Shown: positions 48,428 to 58,240 of the stretch, piece after piece
How positions within the stretch are numbered: position 1 is the first letter of the stretch
Layout: every line of letters starts with the position of its first letter
Origin: Geopsychrobacteraceae bacterium
Lineage (GTDB): Bacteria; Desulfobacterota; Desulfuromonadia; Desulfuromonadales; Geopsychrobacteraceae
Assembly: GCA_963676795.2 (NCBI GenBank)
Contig: CAXXTB010000002.1
Location: forward strand, 1,696,001-1,760,000
Length of the DNA stretch: 64,000 nt
Direction: 5' to 3'
The notes under the pieces: model-generated
What the model was told of the DNA's origin: nothing
Seen by the model: the letters and a program-made list of their open reading frames with translations, nothing else
Databases searched by the model: none
Program-made: the position numbers and the translations under genes

Positions 48428-50116
48428 TTATTTCTGACCCAGAACGGCCTCTGTCACATTGAAAGTATGATCACCTATCTTCTCAAAGCTGTGAATCATA
48501 TCGATAAAGACAAGTCCAGGAGTGACCGCGCAGTCTCCTGTGTTCAGACGCGCGATATGGTTCTGACGCATCGTTTCTTCCATCAGATCGATCGAATCTT
48601 CAAAATCGAGAGAGACCCGCTCAAAACTCTTGTCCGGGTTATCCATGGATTTGATGACATGCTTGAGGAAATCGAGGGTCTTTTGTGAAATCTCCTCGAT
48701 CTCAGACATAGCTGTATCAGAGAAGGGAATCTTTTCCTCAACCCGACGAACACCAAGTTCCCACAGATTTTCACAATGATCTCCGATACGTTCAAGATCG
48801 TTGGCCATATTCATGATCGAACCAATAGAAGCCGAGGTTTCTGCAGAAATTGAACACTGCGACAACTTAACAAGAAAGGCATGAATCTCTTTTTGCAGAA
48901 CATCGACCAGCTCTTCCTTCTGTTCTAACCCCTTGACAACTTTCATGTCTCCCGATTTCAGAAAAGAAATCGTTTCTTCGGCCATTTCCTGAGCAATCAG
49001 GGCCATTCTCTTGGCTTCACGACGCGCCTGGCCAACAGCAACCGGAGGCGTATTGAGCACCCGGTCATCAATATACTTGACCTGCATCATCTCCCCCGTC
49101 TCCTTACCACGAATGAACATGGTCGAGAGCTTTGCCAGTACGCCGATCAACGGCAGGAAGACGAGGGTATTGATGATATTGAACATGGTGTGGGTATTGG
49201 CAATATGCCGTGCTATGTACGGCTTGTCACCGATGGCAGCAGAGAAGGTATCCGCCTGAGCCTGAGTTTGAATGACAAAATCTGCGTCACCAGGCGTTAT
49301 ATAGTTAATGAATTTTATAAACAAGGAAAAGAAAATCAGCATATAGATAACGCCGAGAACATTGAACAGGAAGTGAGAAAACGCTGTCCTGCGTGCGGCT
49401 ACATTTGTCCCGATAGCAGCCAGATTGGCTGTAATCGTCGTCCCGATATTCTCACCGAGAATCAGCGCGACACTCCCCTCGAAGGAAACAAGTCCGGAAG
49501 TCGCCAAAGCCAAGGTAATACCAATCGTCGCACTGCTACTTTGCACGATAACCGTCAACAATGCGCCGATAAGAACCCCGAGAAGCTTGTAATCACCTAC
49601 CAGAAGAAAAATATCCCGGAATTCGGCGTTGGTTCGCAGCGGCTTAAAAGCCCCTTCCATTGTCGACAAGCCATAAAACAACAGGCCAAAACCGAGCAGG
49701 ATTTCGCCAATGTAAACGTATTTTTTGTTACGACTGAACAGTTTGAGACCAACACCGATACCAATGGCAGGAAGAGCGAACTTGGTGATCTTGAAGGCGA
49801 TCAGCTGCGCTGTGATAGTCGTACCGATATTCGCACCAAGAACAACACCGATCGACTGGACCAGCGAAAGAAGACCGGCATTGACAAAACCGACGACCAT
49901 GACAGTCGTGGCACTTGATGATTGAATAATCGCCGTGACTGCCAAACCGACCAATGCGCCCACAATTCGATTGTTGGTCAGAGCGGCGAGAATCTTTCTC
50001 ATTCGTTCGCCGGCGATTTTCTGTAGTCCTTCGGACATGATCTTCATGCCAAAAAGGAACATACCCAGACCACCAATCAATCCGAAAATAAGGCTTTGGT
50101 TCAGTAGTGCAGACAT
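48428..50116 (-). CDS. Na/Pi cotransporter family protein with PhoU-like C-terminus
   Basis: Two QSSSAT repeats, GANIGTT/GENIGTT, DLERIGDH; start approximate. Confidence 0.92.
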   Translation of the reverse strand: MSALLNQSLIFGLIGGLGMFLFGMKIMSEGLQKIAGERMRKILAALTNNRIVGALVGLAVTAIIQSSSATTVMVVGFVNAGLLSLVQSIGVVLGANIGTTITAQLIAFKITKFALPAIGIGVGLKLFSRNKKYVYIGEILLGFGLLFYGLSTMEGAFKPLRTNAEFRDIFLLVGDYKLLGVLIGALLTVIVQSSSATIGITLALATSGLVSFEGSVALILGENIGTTITANLAAIGTNVAARRTAFSHFLFNVLGVIYMLIFFSLFIKFINYITPGDADFVIQTQAQADTFSAAIGDKPYIARHIANTHTMFNIINTLVFLPLIGVLAKLSTMFIRGKETGEMMQVKYIDDRVLNTPPVAVGQARREAKRMALIAQEMAEETISFLKSGDMKVVKGLEQKEELVDVLQKEIHAFLVKLSQCSISAETSASIGSIMNMANDLERIGDHCENLWELGVRRVEEKIPFSDTAMSEIEEISQKTLDFLKHVIKSMDNPDKSFERVSLDFEDSIDLMEETMRQNHIARLNTGDCAVTPGLVFIDMIHSFEKIGDHTFNVTEAVLGQK

Positions 50117-50299
50117 GGGATCACTCAACTCCTGTCGATTTTTTTAACAGATAACATAATGCTAACAATCGACTAACGATCAAACTTTACAATGCTAGCG
50201 CGGCTTATTTTCGGCGCGAATACTATAACGCATAGACCATTTTCTCAATAAAAAATGGCCGGATTTAATCCGACCGTCAATAACTTACTAAACTTACTA

Positions 50300-50773
50300 C
50301 TACTTGCGTCCAAGAATGGTCGTCAGCATTTTACGATAATCCCGCTTTGCAGAGCGTAACCTCCCGGTAAAAATCCTGACAATGTTCAACAAAAGTTGCA
50401 TACCCAGACGTGGGTTGGATGCGGCAAGCTTTTCAAAATCCCTCGTGGAAAGAGAATAGAGGATTGCATCTTCTGCAATACGCGCCGAAGAGGATCGAGG
50501 ACCGCTGTCCACAATGGCCATTTCACCAAAAACATCGCCGGTTCCAAGGACAACCAGGATCTGCTCATCCCCTTCAGCCAGCATCTGCGATATGCGAACC
50601 GTCCCCTCCTTGACGAGATAGAGCGATTCGCCTGGCATATTTTCAATAAAAACCGTCTTCCCTTCCGCGACCCTGCGCTCAGTAAAAACAGCTCCTAACA
50701 GTTCTATTTCCTTCTGGGCAAGTCCCTTAAAAAGAGGACTCTCTGCCAGACCAAGCAGATTTACCTGCGGCAT
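50300..50773 (-). CDS. Cyclic-nucleotide-binding domain protein
   Basis: LYLVKEGTV, GDVFGEMA...PRSSSA. Confidence 0.88.
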   Translation of the reverse strand: MPQVNLLGLAESPLFKGLAQKEIELLGAVFTERRVAEGKTVFIENMPGESLYLVKEGTVRISQMLAEGDEQILVVLGTGDVFGEMAIVDSGPRSSSARIAEDAILYSLSTRDFEKLAASNPRLGMQLLLNIVRIFTGRLRSAKRDYRKMLTTILGRK

Positions 50774-50799
50774 ACTCTCTCCTCACCGGCCATGACATT

Positions 50800-51306
50800 T
50801 CAAGAACGGTACAGTGCAACATAGTCCAGATAGTTTTGCGCAGATTGGGCAAGAAAATCCATCTCTACCCGGGTCAAACCACGCTTGTATCTTGCCGGGG
50901 AACCAACATACAAAGATCCAGATCTGACGACGGTTCCCGGAGCCACCAGAGCGCCCGCCGCGATCATCGAACCACTCTCCACGACCGCACCGTCAAGGAT
51001 AATTGCCCCCATGCCGATCAGGCAACGATCCCCGATCGTACAACCATGAATGGTAACGTTATGGCCGATCGTGACATCATCACCGATAATTGTCGGATGC
51101 GTTTTGTTCGTGACATGGATCACGGTTCCGTCCTGGATATTGGTCCTGCTGCCGATACGGATATAGTTGACATCACCGCGGATAACGACACGGAACCAGA
51201 CACTGCAACCCGCCCCCAGAGAGACATCACCAATAATATCACAGGAGTCGGCCATAAAAACAGAATCGTCAAGGACAGGCCTGACTCCCTGAAACGGCAA
51301 CAGCAT
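50800..51306 (-). CDS. Gamma-carbonic anhydrase-like hexapeptide-repeat protein (YrdA/PaaY family)
   Basis: IRGDVNYIRIG, NIQDGTVIH, IGHNVTIHGC. Confidence 0.92.
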   Translation of the reverse strand: MLLPFQGVRPVLDDSVFMADSCDIIGDVSLGAGCSVWFRVVIRGDVNYIRIGSRTNIQDGTVIHVTNKTHPTIIGDDVTIGHNVTIHGCTIGDRCLIGMGAIILDGAVVESGSMIAAGALVAPGTVVRSGSLYVGSPARYKRGLTRVEMDFLAQSAQNYLDYVALYRS

Positions 51307-51379
51307 AAGGGTCCCTTTCGTTCACAATAAAAAAGGCCCACTCCTATACAGAAGAGGGCCCCGAATGGTTTTGTAGCTA

Positions 51380-51655
51380 TCAGGAATCAACACGCTCTTT
51401 CAATTCCTTACCAACCTTGAAGAATGGAAGTTTTTTCTCGTTAACTTCAATAACCTCACCGGTTTTCGGATTACGTCCCATATAAGCCTTATAATCCTTG
51501 ACCAGAAAACTTCCGAAGCCGCGTATCTCGATACGGTCATTGTCGATCAGGGCTTGTGACATAGAGTCAAAGATCAGGTTGACAATCTGCTCAGCTTTTT
51601 TATAGGTGAGATTCTTGCGTTGCGATAGCTCTTCTACCAGTTCAGACTTATTCAT
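51380..51655 (-). CDS. ihfB: Integration host factor beta / HU-family DNA-binding protein
   Basis: MNKSEL, RIEIRGFGSF, GRNPKTGE, FKVGKELKERV. Confidence 0.88.
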   Translation of the reverse strand: MNKSELVEELSQRKNLTYKKAEQIVNLIFDSMSQALIDNDRIEIRGFGSFLVKDYKAYMGRNPKTGEVIEVNEKKLPFFKVGKELKERVDS

Positions 51656-51783
51656 AAGCCCCCCTTCAGTTTATAGGGTTAGCAGATTTCGTAATCATTT
51701 TAGAGAGACTATACAACAAGCCTTACCCATGTCAACCAGATGCGCATAAATTTCGCATATTTAGAAAACAGAACCGAATAAGT

Positions 51784-52350
51784 CTAGATAACGGTAAAGG
51801 GAGACAGGGTCCAGATCACTCTTGCGTCCTTATCCCCGATATTCTCCCAGCGGTGCGGCAGATGGGACTTGAAACAGAGGCTGTCTCCTCCCTCAAGGAC
51901 AAACTCCTCATCGACAATCACCATGCGAATCCGCCCTTCGAGAACATAGATAAGCTCATCGCCGGGGTGATACATATTCTTGTCACCACTGACCCCGCCC
52001 TTTTCGATTGTGCCATAAAAGGACATGAACTGCGGGTCACGCAGACCGGAGGTGAAGGACTCGGTATGAAGGTTGTTTTCGTCATCATAGACAGTCATGT
52101 CCCGCTGGCCAGGACGGGTATAAACAACCTCATGAGAGGATGCGACGTCCTCAACAAAATAATTGATGCTCTTGTCAAAAACTGTCGCCAGGCGCATCAG
52201 GATTTCGACCGAGGGGATGGTCAGCCCACGCTCTATTCTCGATATCATATTCGACGAAACCTGAGATCTGTCCGCCAGAATCTGAATGGTCATATCATTC
52301 TTGAGACGAATCTCCTTCAGTTTTTTCCCTACAATCTTTTTCACCTGCAT
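51784..52350 (-). CDS. XRE-HTH plus cupin transcriptional regulator
   Basis: VSSNMISRIERG HTH; HPGDELIYVLEG, PHRWEN cupin. Confidence 0.9.
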   Translation of the reverse strand: MQVKKIVGKKLKEIRLKNDMTIQILADRSQVSSNMISRIERGLTIPSVEILMRLATVFDKSINYFVEDVASSHEVVYTRPGQRDMTVYDDENNLHTESFTSGLRDPQFMSFYGTIEKGGVSGDKNMYHPGDELIYVLEGRIRMVIVDEEFVLEGGDSLCFKSHLPHRWENIGDKDARVIWTLSPFTVI

Positions 52351-52375
52351 GGCGAACTCCCGTCAGAGAAAGTAG

Positions 52376-52936
52376 CTAAACGTTTGGAGGCGGCGATACG
52401 ACCCAGAGGATACTGGCCTGCGAAGCCGTTGGATTTTTCCAACTGTGGGGAACTGAGGCCTTAAAGGCAACGGAGTCGCCTTTATTCAGCAAGAAGTCCT
52501 CCCCCTCTATGGTAAAGGAGATTGCACCCTCAAGAACCATGGCAAATTCTTCACCAGTATGAACCATCTCTCCCTCACCACTATTACAAAATGGCTCGAG
52601 AGTATCAACAAAAACAGAAAACCCGGAATCCCTGAGCCCCTGTGTCAGGCTGGTTATCTGATGCTTGTCTTCAAAAAAGAAAATCGGTTCCCCTCGTCCG
52701 GCAAGGGTATGTATGACGCTACTTCCTTTTTCAGCTTCTTCAACAAAATAGCTGATACTCACACCTAGGGCATCAGCAAGTTTCATTAACAATTCAACAG
52801 AAGGAATTGTTAATCCGCGCTCGATACGGGAAATCATATTTGACGAAACACCAGAGAGTTTGGCAAGCTCCTGGATCGTCCGGTCCCGCTTCAATCGCGA
52901 ATATTTCAGTTTGCGACCGATAAGTTTTTTTAGCAT
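52376..52936 (-). CDS. XRE-HTH plus cupin transcriptional regulator (tandem paralog)
   Basis: VSSNMISRIERG HTH; HTGEEFAMVLEG, PHSWKN. Confidence 0.9.
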   Translation of the reverse strand: MLKKLIGRKLKYSRLKRDRTIQELAKLSGVSSNMISRIERGLTIPSVELLMKLADALGVSISYFVEEAEKGSSVIHTLAGRGEPIFFFEDKHQITSLTQGLRDSGFSVFVDTLEPFCNSGEGEMVHTGEEFAMVLEGAISFTIEGEDFLLNKGDSVAFKASVPHSWKNPTASQASILWVVSPPPNV

Positions 52937-53253
52937 GTACCTCTCCCCATACTCCCCATTCGTAAATAGAAGATCGTTCTATCATCGACTTTCAAAAGGA
53001 GTCAACACAATATGATACAGGGGGAATACTAAATGGTAATACAACTATGTGAAAAAATACTTACCAGTCAGGTAGTTATAAATGATCTATTCAATTCAGC
53101 CAGTTAGCATATATTTTTCAACTTTCTATCTTGTCACTATCAAATAGCTCAATAATTATCAATAAATAGTTTTATCTATCTTTTGTGCTTCTTTTTATCA
53201 CATAAGGTATTCAATGGGCAAATAAATACTCGAAAAAAAACCGGGAACTACAT

Positions 53254-55653
53254 TCAGCCTACACTTTCCAGCTTGCCGTTATCTATGACATTCCTTATCT
53301 GCTGCAGTAAGCGAGCGGTTTTTATTGGCTTATAGAGTAGAAGATAATCCGCTTCAACAAGTCCCTGTTCGATCAACCAATCAAAGGTATAACCACTGAT
53401 AAAAATGACAGGAACGCTCGTCCTGCTCCTCAATTCTTCATAAAAATCGGAACCCTTCATTCCCGGCATAACCACATCCGACAGAATCAGATCAAAAGGC
53501 GTCCCGGCCCTGTCTAGCGACCGAAGTGCAGCCTCAGCGCAGTCACAGACCTCAACACGATAACCGACAGAGGTCAGAATGCTGGAGGTTGACTCTCGAA
53601 CGAGCGGATCATCCTCAACCAGAAGGATCGATTCTTCGCCTCCAATCAGCTGATCATCTGCCGGCTCGACCTGCACCTCTGCCCGGGCGGCAATCAAAGG
53701 CAGATAGATATGAAAACAGGAGCCCTGGCTCAGCCTACTTTCGACCAGGATGTAGCCGCGATGCTGCTTTACAATCCCCCAGGCCGTCGCCAGGCCCAAC
53801 CCTGTCCCCTTCCCCGTATCCTTGGTCGTAAAAAAGGGATCGAATATCTTCTGCTCGATCTCTTTGGGAATCCCAACCCCGGTATCCTCGACAGTAACAA
53901 CAGCATATTCACCTGGCTCCCCATAGCCGTGAACTCTGCAGAACTCCCTGTCGATCAAGGTGCGGGACGTCCGGATCGTTAAAATCCCCCGTCCTCGCAT
54001 GGCATCACGGGCATTGGTTGCCATGTTAACGAGCACCTGCTCGATCTGAGTCGGATCAGCCATGACAATCAACTGCTCGCCTGCCAGTTGCAGACACTGC
54101 TGGATCCCCCCTCCAATAATCTGACCGAAAATATCCTGCACCTTGAGAACCAGGCGATTCAGATCAATCGGGGCAGAAACGCCTGATTTTTTCCGGCTGT
54201 AGGCGAGCAAGCCATGAGTCAGACTCGACCCACGTTCTGCTGCCTCACCTATCTTATTGATTTTTGCCAAAAGCTTGGGCTGATTGGCGAGCACCCCTTT
54301 GAGAAGACCGACGTAACCGGAAATCACGGTCAGTATATTGTTGAAATCGTGAGCGATACCACCCGTCAAAGTTCCGATAGCTTCCATTTTCTGCGAATGC
54401 TGAAGCTGCTTTTCAAGCAGCTTTCTGCGCGATATATCAATAAAGGTAATAACGCCGCCAATGAGTTTGCTGTCCTGATACATCGGATGCCCCCAGCACT
54501 CGACTGAGACAGAACGCCCATCCACGCACCGAAAAAAGCTATCGTCATGCGTGACTTTCTCTCCACGCATAACCGCACCAACCAGCTGGCTGGAACAGAG
54601 CTCACCGTCGGAGAACGATGCCCCGACAATCGACTGACAGAAATTCCGGCCGACAAGATCGCGCTCGCTGTCATAGCCAAGGATCTTGACCGAGGATGCG
54701 TTACAAAAAACGATATCACCGTTCAGGTCGATACCGATAATCGCTTCTGCGGTTGAGCTGAGCAGCGTAGACAACATCTCTTCGCGCCGGGAAAGCTCTT
54801 TGACATAGTGCATCCGCTCGCATTCTGCAGCAGCACGCGCAGCGATGACGGAAAAAAGCTCTTCGATATGAGGAACAGGCTGAATCGGCTGACGCGAGTA
54901 AGCAAATACAAGGCCGAGAATCTGCCCCTCATGTCCAACCATCGGACTGCCGATAAAACAACTGGTCGACTCCAGACCCAAAACACCGGTAGCATGAAAC
55001 ATCTCGCCCGCGCCTTCAGGAATGATACAAAACTGCTCCTGCAGAACCTTGAGAAAAGGTACAAAATTGACCGAAAGCTTACACGCAGGCAGATGCACAC
55101 CTTCGCGAAAGCTGGCCCTGATTTCAAGAAGGTCACCCTGAAGAAGTCCGACGCAGGCACCTTCAACCTCGAGCCAATCAACGAGGTTACAGACGATCTC
55201 CTCAAGACACTCCTGACCTGTCAGCCCGACAGTACTGCGAACCAAGGTGCGGATTGAACTTTCGTATTTCTCTCTCAGAGTAATATCACGCGCAACCGAA
55301 AGAAAAACATCCTTTCCGCCTAGCTCAAAAAGCTGGGTTCCGATTTCAACAGGTATCCAGCGTCCATCCCGGGTCAGCAGAGCTGTCTTGAAAAGAACCT
55401 TGCCACGTGTCTGAACCTCTGCAAGAACCGACGAAAAAAGCGGCTCATCCTCCAGAGCGATACGATTAAGCTGACCTGGCCCCAATAACAGCAGGTCTTG
55501 CCGGGTATAGCCCAACAATTCGCAGGCAACATCATTGACCTCAACATAGCGCCCCGGGCGCCCATCAGAGAGGCGCTCCGAAATAAAAACAGCATCTGCA
55601 ATACCATTGAAAAGTTTTAAAAAATAGCCATCTTTGGAAAGCTCAGCGACCAT
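53254..55653 (-). CDS. Cytoplasmic hybrid sensor kinase (PAS-GAF-PAS-HisKA-HATPase-REC)
   Basis: [48 protein letters not shown]. Confidence 0.93.
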   Translation of the reverse strand: MVAELSKDGYFLKLFNGIADAVFISERLSDGRPGRYVEVNDVACELLGYTRQDLLLLGPGQLNRIALEDEPLFSSVLAEVQTRGKVLFKTALLTRDGRWIPVEIGTQLFELGGKDVFLSVARDITLREKYESSIRTLVRSTVGLTGQECLEEIVCNLVDWLEVEGACVGLLQGDLLEIRASFREGVHLPACKLSVNFVPFLKVLQEQFCIIPEGAGEMFHATGVLGLESTSCFIGSPMVGHEGQILGLVFAYSRQPIQPVPHIEELFSVIAARAAAECERMHYVKELSRREEMLSTLLSSTAEAIIGIDLNGDIVFCNASSVKILGYDSERDLVGRNFCQSIVGASFSDGELCSSQLVGAVMRGEKVTHDDSFFRCVDGRSVSVECWGHPMYQDSKLIGGVITFIDISRRKLLEKQLQHSQKMEAIGTLTGGIAHDFNNILTVISGYVGLLKGVLANQPKLLAKINKIGEAAERGSSLTHGLLAYSRKKSGVSAPIDLNRLVLKVQDIFGQIIGGGIQQCLQLAGEQLIVMADPTQIEQVLVNMATNARDAMRGRGILTIRTSRTLIDREFCRVHGYGEPGEYAVVTVEDTGVGIPKEIEQKIFDPFFTTKDTGKGTGLGLATAWGIVKQHRGYILVESRLSQGSCFHIYLPLIAARAEVQVEPADDQLIGGEESILLVEDDPLVRESTSSILTSVGYRVEVCDCAEAALRSLDRAGTPFDLILSDVVMPGMKGSDFYEELRSRTSVPVIFISGYTFDWLIEQGLVEADYLLLYKPIKTARLLQQIRNVIDNGKLESVG

Positions 55654-55858
55654 AGTTAACCTTATGCGAACGAAACTCATTAAAGAGGTTATGCACTCAT
55701 TGCAATTTAACAAAAGTTTTCTATGAATCAAGTGTTATTCAGGTTTTGTTCCTGCTCGGTCTCTGAAGGCAAATGACAGATAACCCCTAAAAAGCTCTTT
55801 GCAAAAGGGTCAATCTGTGATAGTTTTCTGCGGCTTAACGGATAAAAGGAGTCCATTG

Positions 55859-56170
55859 ATGAGCACATTGCTGATTATATTACATGTCATCGTATCCATT
55901 GCCCTGATTGTCATCGTCCTGCTCCAGATGGGAAAGGGAGCGCAAGCTGGTGCTTCTTTCGGTGCTGGTGGCAGCCAGGCCATGTTCGGTTCAACAGGTG
56001 GCAATTTCATGAGCAAGATCACTGCAGCTGCAGCAATAATCTTCATGCTGACCAGCCTCACTCTTGCCTATTTTTATGGTTCAGACAGTTCAAAAACAGT
56101 CATGCCTTCTGTCGTGAGCCCTGCCCAGAGCTCACTTCCGGCAGATAATGATATGCCAAAAAATAATTAG
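55859..56170 (+). CDS. secG: Preprotein translocase subunit SecG
   Basis: VLLQMGKGA...SFGAGGSQAMFG, two TM segments; followed by tRNA-Leu(GAG). Confidence 0.93.
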   Translation: MSTLLIILHVIVSIALIVIVLLQMGKGAQAGASFGAGGSQAMFGSTGGNFMSKITAAAAIIFMLTSLTLAYFYGSDSSKTVMPSVVSPAQSSLPADNDMPKNN

Positions 56171-56181
56171 TCATTTTCTTA

Positions 56182-56210
56182 TTGACGACGAGATCATGAT
56201 TCAGTATAAA
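56182..56210 (+). promoter_or_regulatory. Sigma70 promoter of tRNA-Leu
   Basis: TTGACG-N17-TATAAA. Confidence 0.7.
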
Positions 56211-56222
56211 GACGTCCGCATT

Positions 56223-56309
56223 GCCGAAATGGTGGAATTGGTAGACACGCCATCTTGAGGGGGTGGTGGGAGTATTCCCGTGAGAGTTCGAGTCTCTCTT
56301 TCGGCACCA
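56223..56309 (+). tRNA. tRNA-Leu(GAG)
   Basis: GCCGAAATGGTGGAATTGGTAGACACG CCATC-TT-GAG-GG-GGTGG, long variable arm, GTTCGAGT, ends ACCA. Confidence 0.96.
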
Positions 56310-56319
56310 AAAAATAAAC

Positions 56320-56352
56320 AACCCGGTTACTTCTCAAGTAACCGGGTTTTTA
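56320..56352 (+). terminator. Rho-independent terminator
   Basis: AACCCGGTTACTT-CTC-AAGTAACCGGGTTTTT. Confidence 0.85.
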
Positions 56353-56562
56353 TTTTCCCATTCGACCAACTCATCCAGACAATTATAAAATTAAAATTAT
56401 TATTTTTTTCAAACTTAACTATTGATATATTACTATTCAGAAAACTTAATCTGCTTTCAGCCACACCACTTGAAAATCAACAATACTTGCAACAATTTAT
56501 CTCAACCCACTTCAAATCAATGGTGAGACCCGCTCAGCGGGGAAAGTGCGGAGGTAAAATCG

Positions 56563-56796
56563 ATGAATGTCCCTGACAAAACCAATCCCAAATGGGCCGA
56601 AATCGTAACCGGCAAGAAGAACTACCCTCTTAAATTTCTCGCCGCGAAGATCATGTTATCCAGAATTATGCGTACGACCGGGGCAAATCCGACACCTGAA
56701 AATATTTCAGCTTCCGTGAATGAACTTTACAGTCTCTATAGCGCAAATATCAATGTCCCGTCAGCTCAGACCGATATCCAAACAATTTTCGGATAG
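56563..56796 (+). CDS. Small hypothetical protein (77 aa)
   Basis: GGAGG RBS; 9 nt upstream of the next gene. Confidence 0.7.
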   Translation: MNVPDKTNPKWAEIVTGKKNYPLKFLAAKIMLSRIMRTTGANPTPENISASVNELYSLYSANINVPSAQTDIQTIFG

Positions 56797-56805
56797 GAGA
56801 TAGCG

Positions 56806-57801
56806 ATGCAACAGGATCTACTCGATATCAGCGCAGCCTCTGAATTGATAAGCGCAGGAAAACAGCTGCTCATAGCAGGCGAAGAAAATCTTTTGGCTCA
56901 ACTCCCCCAAGGGAGGTGGATCGGCGGCTCTATTCCCTACTTCATCACGCCTGGCCTTGGAGGAACCCAGTCCCAGGACAAGGTCTTCGTAACTGACATT
57001 TCCGAGATAGTCGACAAGTGCAGAATTCATACATACACCGCAACAACAATAGGTTCCATATACACGGATGCCGGAAGTAACGGATTCAGCATTATCATCA
57101 TCCCTGCCGCCAGCAAGGTTCACGCAACCTTTTCAGTTAATGCCCCCAATTATAAGGATTTTGGCAGCCAGCCACTGGTTGGGTGGATCTCAGGAGTTCA
57201 CCTGGACGAACTTGCCATAAAAAAACCGATTGTCGTCAACGGAGAAACCGGTGAAATGCTGACTGATCAAGCAATAGTGATGCATGTTGATCTCGTCGCA
57301 GGAAAAACTGTCGATGTCGGCATTGTCAACTTGTTTGAACAAGGCAATGGGGAGATACTGACATTTGAAAAAGATGGCTTTGAAAGCACAGATGTCAATG
57401 TCAACGGCATCAAAGAAAACTTTTATGAATATCTGACCAAAAACAATATAGACACCAAACTGCCCCTGGTTGCTGACTATTACGGCACGATGATAAACAT
57501 CAGTTTCCAGAGCCTTAACAGGAATGAGCCAGTCAAGCTCTATGCCCCAGTGTTCAGTGGCATCCGTTACAAAATCGCCAGACCGATCGAAAATTACCCG
57601 GAAGAATTCAGCAAACAACTCGTTATGAGTGGCCTGCAGGAACAACAGATCCTCTTCTCCTGCAACTGCATCCTGAATTATCTTTACTCTGATCTGAAAG
57701 GAAACAAAACAGAACAGTTCGTCGGTCCGGTCACTTTCGGCGAGATCGCCTACCAACTATTGAACCAAACACTGGTCTACCTTCAACTTAATGACGCTTG
57801 A
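56806..57801 (+). CDS. Conserved hypothetical protein, FIST-like (DUF6976-like)
   Basis: WIGGSIPYF, GWISG, FSCNCILNY, GPVTFGEIAYQLLNQT resemble FIST N/C motifs. Confidence 0.7.
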   Translation: MQQDLLDISAASELISAGKQLLIAGEENLLAQLPQGRWIGGSIPYFITPGLGGTQSQDKVFVTDISEIVDKCRIHTYTATTIGSIYTDAGSNGFSIIIIPAASKVHATFSVNAPNYKDFGSQPLVGWISGVHLDELAIKKPIVVNGETGEMLTDQAIVMHVDLVAGKTVDVGIVNLFEQGNGEILTFEKDGFESTDVNVNGIKENFYEYLTKNNIDTKLPLVADYYGTMINISFQSLNRNEPVKLYAPVFSGIRYKIARPIENYPEEFSKQLVMSGLQEQQILFSCNCILNYLYSDLKGNKTEQFVGPVTFGEIAYQLLNQTLVYLQLNDA

Positions 57802-58131
57802 TGTTCAGGAGGGCGCTGCGTAAAGGCAGCGCCCTCTCAATTTTTCTATACAGCCTGAAAACTGCCTGCTCCTGTCAGGACCACAAACCCGGTTGCTGCA
57901 GGGATGGTAAATTTATGCATTTTGCATGCATAAAACAGCTCCAGAAACAGTGGTATCTCGCCCAGCCTTCTATACAAGAGAACCCAACAATCATCTATAA
58001 ACTCGTGCATATTATCGAAAGAATTATCTGCCTCAGTTTCAACCTTTTGTAATCAATCTGCTAAACTGTCAAATAATGTTCATTGGTTCACAATAACAAC
58101 TTTCAGGGCCCGGCGGAAAGGAACATAATGC

Positions 58132-58160
58132 TTGACATCGTACGACCGTACAAATATATA
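58132..58160 (+). promoter_or_regulatory. Sigma70 promoter with an imperfect palindrome in the spacer
   Basis: TTGACA-N17-TATATA; TCGTACGACCGTACAA at 58138-58153 (12/16 self-complementary). Confidence 0.6.
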
Positions 58161-58240
58161 GTTTACATGTACACCGCTAATACATTGTTATATTTCATCT
58201 TAGCTTGAGTAGAACAGTAACCCGACTATGGGGAGGAACA

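Noticed and set aside
51335..51360. Operator-like ACTCCTATACAGAAGA downstream of ihfB
   Set aside because: Poor right half-site, and it lies inside a terminator-like hairpin among core genes.
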